A stretch of 54,835 nt of DNA, the filler included, from Sphacelaria rigidula (taxonomy: Eukaryota): NCBI GenBank assembly GCA_964200075.2. It is 5 parts of 5 records of this genome, joined end to end, with 100 filler letters (N's around TTAATTAATTAA, not from the genome) between each part and the next. Parts side by side here need not be neighbours in the genome. Positions count along the whole stretch, not along the records: positions 43,950 to 54,835 come from CAXNAA020005734.1; 4 more parts are not named here. The stretch is one strand, 5' to 3'. Positions 48,878 through 54,835 of this stretch are shown here, piece by piece (within the stretch, counting starts at the first letter, position 1; every line of letters starts with the position of its first letter). Position numbers and translations under genes: made by a program. Under the pieces are notes generated by a model, which did no database searches, had not been told where the DNA came from, and was given only the letters and a program-made list of their open reading frames with translations.

Positions 48878-49115
48878 TGTTCAAGTGAGCGGGTACACCG
48901 AGTGAACTTGCACATGTGCGGATAGATTTATGCTGACCCACGCGTACTGGTAGTCGAGTGTGTGTGCCTGCCAGTCCATGCTCCGGGCAGCTACGTCGCC
49001 GCCGCTTGCCCTCACTCTACATCTGATCCCTCGTGCATAGGATCGACTCTGTCAAGGCACTCTCCAATACTACAAAAGGTAAAACTATGTATCCTTCGCC
49101 AAGGGCCATGGAATA
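48878..49115 (+). repeat. Copia 5' LTR
   Basis: TGTTCA...GGAATA; direct repeat of 52862-53099. Confidence 0.93.
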
Positions 49116-52100
49116 CACTAGTGTTACAACCGGTTGGAAAAAATGGCATATCAAGGTGGTGGCCCTGCTCCAGTTGTCGGTGAGCAGGGTGTCATGGAGC
49201 AATTGGGGATGGTGACTACAGCTGAGTTCCATGGCTGAGCTACTGCGTGACTTGCAGTTAAATCAAACTGCATCACGGAGTGAAGTAAACGACATGAGAA
49301 TAGTGAGTGAATTCGGGGGCGTTGAAACCAATGGCGTCCTCGATACTGATGGTTTCAAGAGTCCACGGAGGGAATCCAGATCAAATATCAGTACAGTAGA
49401 GCGACGAAGTGCTGGAGTTCGACGGGACCGCAAGTACATCGCAAGTCAAGCAGGACCAGAGGAAGGAGCTCGCGACGCGGGGGACAATGGGGCCAGAGAC
49501 GACGGAGCTAGGGGTTTTGTCCCCGAACGTCAGTCAGTCTGTGGGAACGATGCAAGTGGGAATGTGTCAGGAGTTCCCGTTATTTGACAGAACGTCCCAA
49601 ACATTTCAGGGGAAAATGCAGAGTTTGCTTGGTACAAACATGAGCTGATCAACTTCGCGAGGGGCGAAGGAATTGACTGGGTGTGTACCAAGGCCGACGA
49701 CAGTTCGCACGACGTAAATCTTGGCGACCCTGAATTGTCACTGGAGTACCTAGAAACTAGATATCGGGAGGACGAAGTGGCAGCCCAAGTGACGGCGAGA
49801 CGGATGCTTGTTGCCAGCCACGAAAAAAAGACACAGCAAGATATCTTGCTCAGGCTCCACTCACCTAGTGCAGTTTGGAGAAACCTTGCAGATGCCTTTC
49901 GCCCCGAAACGAATGGGGCAAGAAGCGCCTTGTTGGAAAAACTCGACGGAGTCAAGATCGGTGTTCGTGACAATCCAGAGCAGAAGCTACTCGAGATGGA
50001 AGAAATTGCACGAGAGCTTGAGTCATACGAGGAACATTAACCCCTAAGCGAAAACCATATCCTCTTGAAATCCTTCAACGCGTGCCCTACGAGTATCACA
50101 TCCAGAAGCAATCGCCGGAGACTCGAGAGGGGCTGCTGACATGGGGGGTCGTGCTGACCTCGGTCCGAAAGCGCTTCGAGTCGGCCACTTTGAAGCGGGA
50201 ACTTGCCCGGGGAAAGAAGTCATCCCCGGGCGACCAGGCTCTCCTCGCCAGGGGTGGGACCGGAAATCTAGCGATTCACACCGCAAGGGAAAACCGGGAA
50301 AACCGGGAAAATCCCAGGGCTCTGGTCAGAAAAATGGCGGGAGCCAGAGATCGAGTGTCTCTAGGTCGACATCGTCGGACGGCAAACCGGCGACTGTGAA
50401 GCTGATCCGCTGCCACGTTTGCGAAGAATACTCGACGCACCGCCCCATGGACTGCCTGAAGAGATACTGCGGGAGGTGCGGTCAACAGGGGCACAAGTTC
50501 TCGGACTGTCCGAAATCGACAGCGAAGAAAGAAGATGTGGCGATGGCGATGGGTGAGGCCGACGACAGCGACGACTCCTCCGTTTACTCGGACGCGGACG
50601 GGGGGGCTTTCACATCTTGTGACACCACCATCAACGTCAAAACGGCCGAGTATGCATGGTGTGTTGGGCAGGGAGGTGATAAACAGCAGGGTGAGGGCGA
50701 ACCGTGGGTATTTGAAACGCGGGATACCCAGAATTTCTCCCCCGATTCCTGTGGGATGACGGGGTACAGACAATGTCAGGGTACAATAGGGTACTACGGT
50801 GCGCGGGTGGTAGTACTTATCCGATCGTAGGCCGAGGATAAATGCTTAACCGTGGAGATGATCACCGCGGCAGCAGGACAGGTGGCAGGACAGGTGGCAG
50901 GACAAGACGCAATCGCTTCGACCCGGAACGAGTTGACCGAGAACAAGTATGTTTGCTTTGTTGATGGGGAAGACAGAGCAGGGCAGCCTCAAATCGGTTT
51001 GCGTTCACCAGTTGGACTGCATGTAAGCGAAGTAGAGGCAGAACCCACCAGTATGGATGACATAGCAAAATCAGAGTATAGAGACGCATGGTTTTGCGCG
51101 ATGCAGGCCGAACTGGGAGGTCATGAAAAGGCTGGAACATTTTCGATTGGCGCTGTACCGGAAGGACTAAATGTGATCTCAGCGAAGTGGGTTTTAGTTG
51201 GAAAACTGACGCAGATGGTACTGTGACGAAGGCAAAGGCTAGGTTGGTAGCACGAGGATTCGGACAGTATTTCGCGGTCGACTATTTCGAGACTTTCGCG
51301 GCAACGCCCTCCGTGGCCTCCATCAAACTGGTCATGACAGTTGCAGTTCAGGAAGAGTGGCCGTTGTACCATTTCGACGTAATACAGACTTTTTTTCAAG
51401 CGAAGATGGACACTGACGTGTACATGAGGCTGCCTGAAGGCTGCTACGGTTTGACAGACATGGCCGTTAAGCTCGAGGAATCTATTTACGGGATCAAGTA
51501 GTGGTCACGTCTTCTGTGCCAAACTTTATTGGAGGATGTCGGGATGGTGCAGTGTGAGGCTAACCCTTGTGCTTTCAAGATGGAAGATGCAGGAGACGTG
51601 CGTGTGATTTAGTCGTCCCTGTGGATGACATTCTGATCAGTGGTACTGGGGAAAATGTGCGAAAGGTGAGCAAAATTCTGAACGATTTCCCCACGAAAAA
51701 TCTCGGTGAGGTCACATGGTACATGAGGGTCACGTTGAACAGGGATTGGGAGAGAGGCACGCTGTCGGTGACGCAAACTACGTTCACGGACACGCTCCTA
51801 CAGCGTTTTGAGGTGAGGGGAACATTCGGAAATCCCTGCCTCTGTTTCTGTCAAGTTGAGGCCGACAACGGGCGAAGACACAGAATCGCCCATACCGTAA
51901 CGCAGTGGGGGGGCTGATGTAGCTGACAACAGTCACTAGACCTGACATAGCGAATGCAGTACGAGCCCTCGCTCGCCAGTCACATGACCCGTGCGAGAGG
52001 CACTGGGAAGCTGTGGTAAAGGTGCTGAAGTATATTAATAGGACGAAGGAATTTGGACTTACGTTAAGAGAGACCACGACAGGCTCTCAGTTTACTGTGA

Positions 52101-52861
52101 CGCAGGCTACGCGAAGAAGGAAACATATAGGCGTTTAGTCTCGGGGTAGCCGTGATGTACGGTGGTGTGGTAGTGTCGGCAACGAGTCGCACGCAACACT
52201 GTGTGACTCTATCAACCACGGAGGCGAAGTATGTCGCAATGGCCGAGGGGGCAAAGGAGGGACCGTCTGTGAAGGCAGAGTTGACGTTTCTGCGACCTCA
52301 GACTGTGTCGGGGTGTGGGGACGACCACGGTATTGTTTTGTACAAGGACAACGAGGGAGGGAAGACTCTGGCCGAAAATCCCTTGAGTTCTGAAAAGAGT
52401 AAACACATCGATATGAGGTATCACTTCATTCGAGAGCTGGCGGGGACGGGAAATATCAGGGTCGTGCATGTAGATTTAGGATGGCAACATGTCGATATTT
52501 TGACGAAGCCTCTCTCGATCAACTTGTTTGCGAGGCACAGACGGGTTTTGGTATTTTGGAAGGTAACAAGTAGATACGTTTTGTGTGTACCCTTGTGCTA
52601 GTTCCGGGTATCTTCATGTCTTTGTGATTCATTTATGCGCATATTGGCTTGAAGCACCCACGCTACTTTGAGGGGCATGGGTTTTGCAGGGCGTTCCTTG
52701 ACATGATGTGTATCTGTCTTTACCGGCATCCATGGATTCTCTATAATAGATGGAGCACAAGCAGTCGATGGAAGGGAGTTTCTGCTCGGATGGCCGGATT
52801 TCCTCCTTCTTTTTTTGAGAGAGAGATAGCCGCGACGACTGATGTACCAGTTCAGAGGGGT

Positions 52862-53099
52862 TGTTCATGTGAGCGGCTACACTGAGTGAACTTGCACATG
52901 TGCGGATAGATTTATGCTGACCCACGCGTACTGGTAGTCGAGTATGTGTGCCCGCCAGCCCATGCTCCGGGCAGCCGCGTCGCCGCCGCTTGCCCTCACT
53001 CTACATCTGATCCCTCGTGCATAGGATCGACTCTGTCAAGGCACTCTCGTATAATACAAAAGGTAAAACTATGTATCCTTCTCCAAGGGCCACGGAATA
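52862..53099 (+). repeat. Copia 3' LTR
   Basis: TGTTCA...GGAATA followed by GACCC. Confidence 0.93.
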
Positions 53100-54835
53100 G
53101 ACCCCTGCTGTAGATGGGGGCATTGAGGGGGAGTGAAGGCCATTTACTACAGATTTTGCTCTCTATCCCAACAGTTGATTGGTGCGATCAAACAATACCT
53201 ATTTCCTAGTTGCACCTGCCGGTAGAGTTTGGCATGCAGATATGCGCGCACTATCAGTATTTTTTCATCGCGTGTCGGAAGGGCACATCCGAAAGTGACA
53301 TTTCGTTCTACAAACAAAAATATCTGTCTGCGTTGCTCTGGGAGAGGTATCTATCGCTGGTTCATTCGCTGTGCTGGGTGGAATGGATTTAGATTTCGTT
53401 GAGGACATGGTCATAGAGACATACTGCAGTTGTGCATCAGCATCACTGTGGTTTAGTGCTCTGTCCACTTCTTCGAGTCCGTCGCGTTGGTGGTGAAGAG
53501 CGTGACATTGAGTCGGGCGTGACGTTGAGTTTCCTTCAACAGGGAAACACTGTGGAACATGACTATAGAAGTGTTTCGTACGACTGCCGGTATCCCGATG
53601 CAACTATGGCGGGGGGGCAGTACGTTTCCATATCATGGGAAGGGAACATCTCTGAATGGGCACTCCCTTCTCAGGCCTCGTTCCCGGGTTAAAACGTTCT
53701 GCGGGAGCGTCAAAGCGCACATGATTGAACGTGAGCTTTCCGGCTGTTCGGTGAACAGGCATGTCAAAAACCACCTCCTGACCCGTGGAAACCCTTGGAT
53801 GTTCCTGGACTGTCAGCCGGCGACACGGTTTGGAGGCGAGGGTAGTAGTCACAGGGTCGAAGTAGGTGCAACTCAAAAACGAAACCTGATTCCAAATCAA
53901 GGGTAGCCTACTATGTATTTTATATCTGGCGTCAACAGCTCACCACGAAATTCGAAAAAGTCGCCTGGCGCATCGATAGTTCGAGTGAGCAGTGGTTGGA
54001 GGCAGCTTACAAGGAGAAGAACTACCAGCGATTGTGTCATTATCGTGCAACGTAGCCTCAGCAGTCAGTCACTTGTCCTTCTCCTTATGGACGTTGGTGT
54101 GTACAGAGGTCCTCTCCCGGCGCTGATCACCCGGCGGGCTCGACGGCATGACCCAGAGCGAGCGCAGCGCGCGGAGGTGGCGCAAGTTAAGGGGCCTACC
54201 AAGCACGGACTGAAAACTTCCGCAGCATTGTTTCATTGTTCGAAAACTGGTGCTACAATATATTGTCAGTTTCGCCCCATAGTGTAACCAGTATCTGATC
54301 GGTACACCATTTTTTCCCCCTGTCGCAACACACTCAAGTACATCGCATGCTGTCGGGGCACACGCATGTCGTTCTCCCGATCACTGGGATGTTCCTTGGC
54401 GGTGTCTCGCCGCCGCTCCCCAAAATACATTTCGGTGGGAGGAATGGGTGTATTCAGTATGAATACGAGGTTTGTGTTGGCGGATGACGAACTATAAGGG
54501 ATGTACTCTGGCGTATGCCGAAGTTGAACTAAGATATAAGGGATCGCATGTCCAAGGCGCAAACGCCGCAGAGTTGGTTCAAGCGGGCGAGACTGGTCTG
54601 GTGCAAGAGCACCAAAGAAGCAGACAGTATCACTCGAGACCAGTTGACCAGTCAGCGACACGCCAGCAGTCTCAGTAGTACAGTAGTCCCTGGCACTTGA
54701 TCGATTTTTCCCACCCACCACCCTATCGCTCAAGGGAGGGAGGCACCAGGGTGCGGATTATATGGATGAAGTAAAAGGGGGGCGGGGGGGGGGGGGGAAA
54801 TCTTTTGTTGTTGGCTTAGCAGTTTGGTGGGGGGG

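Larger units (their letters stand above)
48878..53099 (+). mobile_element. Ty1/Copia LTR retrotransposon, decayed, integrase deleted
   Basis: 238-bp LTRs at 48878-49115 and 52862-53099 (about 13 mismatches), TSD GACTC/GACCC, purine tract AGAGGGG before the 3' LTR. Gag knuckles CHVCEEYSTHRPMDC and CGRCGQQGHKFSDC; RT KARLVARGF, VDYFETFA, VDDIL; RNase H STTEAKY, DNEG, KHIDMRYHFIRE, DILTK. Confidence 0.95.

Noticed and set aside
53265-53900. Two in-frame minus-strand ORFs separated by one stop
   Set aside because: No recognisable domain or splice support; cannot be distinguished from chance.

Overview
Repeat-rich eukaryotic nuclear DNA. A brown-algal or other stramenopile origin is my inference from intron style, (CAGTA)n and poly-C/G tracts and TE types. 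The window is not contiguous: it is five unrelated, size-sorted contigs of about 10.89 kb (1-10889, 10990-21876, 21977-32863, 32964-43849, 43950-54835) joined by 100-bp N/TTAATTAATTAA linkers. Host genes: (i) two short spliced minus-strand exons (3892-3814, 3367-3286), not called as such in the ORF track, encoding a GAPDH N-terminus whose motifs (FLW-x-x-P, NEIVGG, HGTW) resemble the bacterial Gap3/ArsJ-associated arsenate-detoxification clade rather than glycolytic or plastid GAPDH; this is the most interesting lead. (ii) First exon of VTA1/LIP5 (31775-31938). (iii) A large low-complexity terminal exon (10644-8782). (iv) A possible membrane-protein exon near 45.5 kb. Mobile DNA: a decayed Ty3/Gypsy whose integrase carries a chromodomain plus a Tudor-like tail, a related very long gag on another contig, an integrase-deleted Ty1/Copia with both LTRs, a TRIM, LINE fragments with C-run tails, tRNA-derived SINEs, nested hAT elements, and piggyBac, Sola2-like and CAC-type MITEs. 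All assignments come from reading the sequence by eye; no database searches were run.
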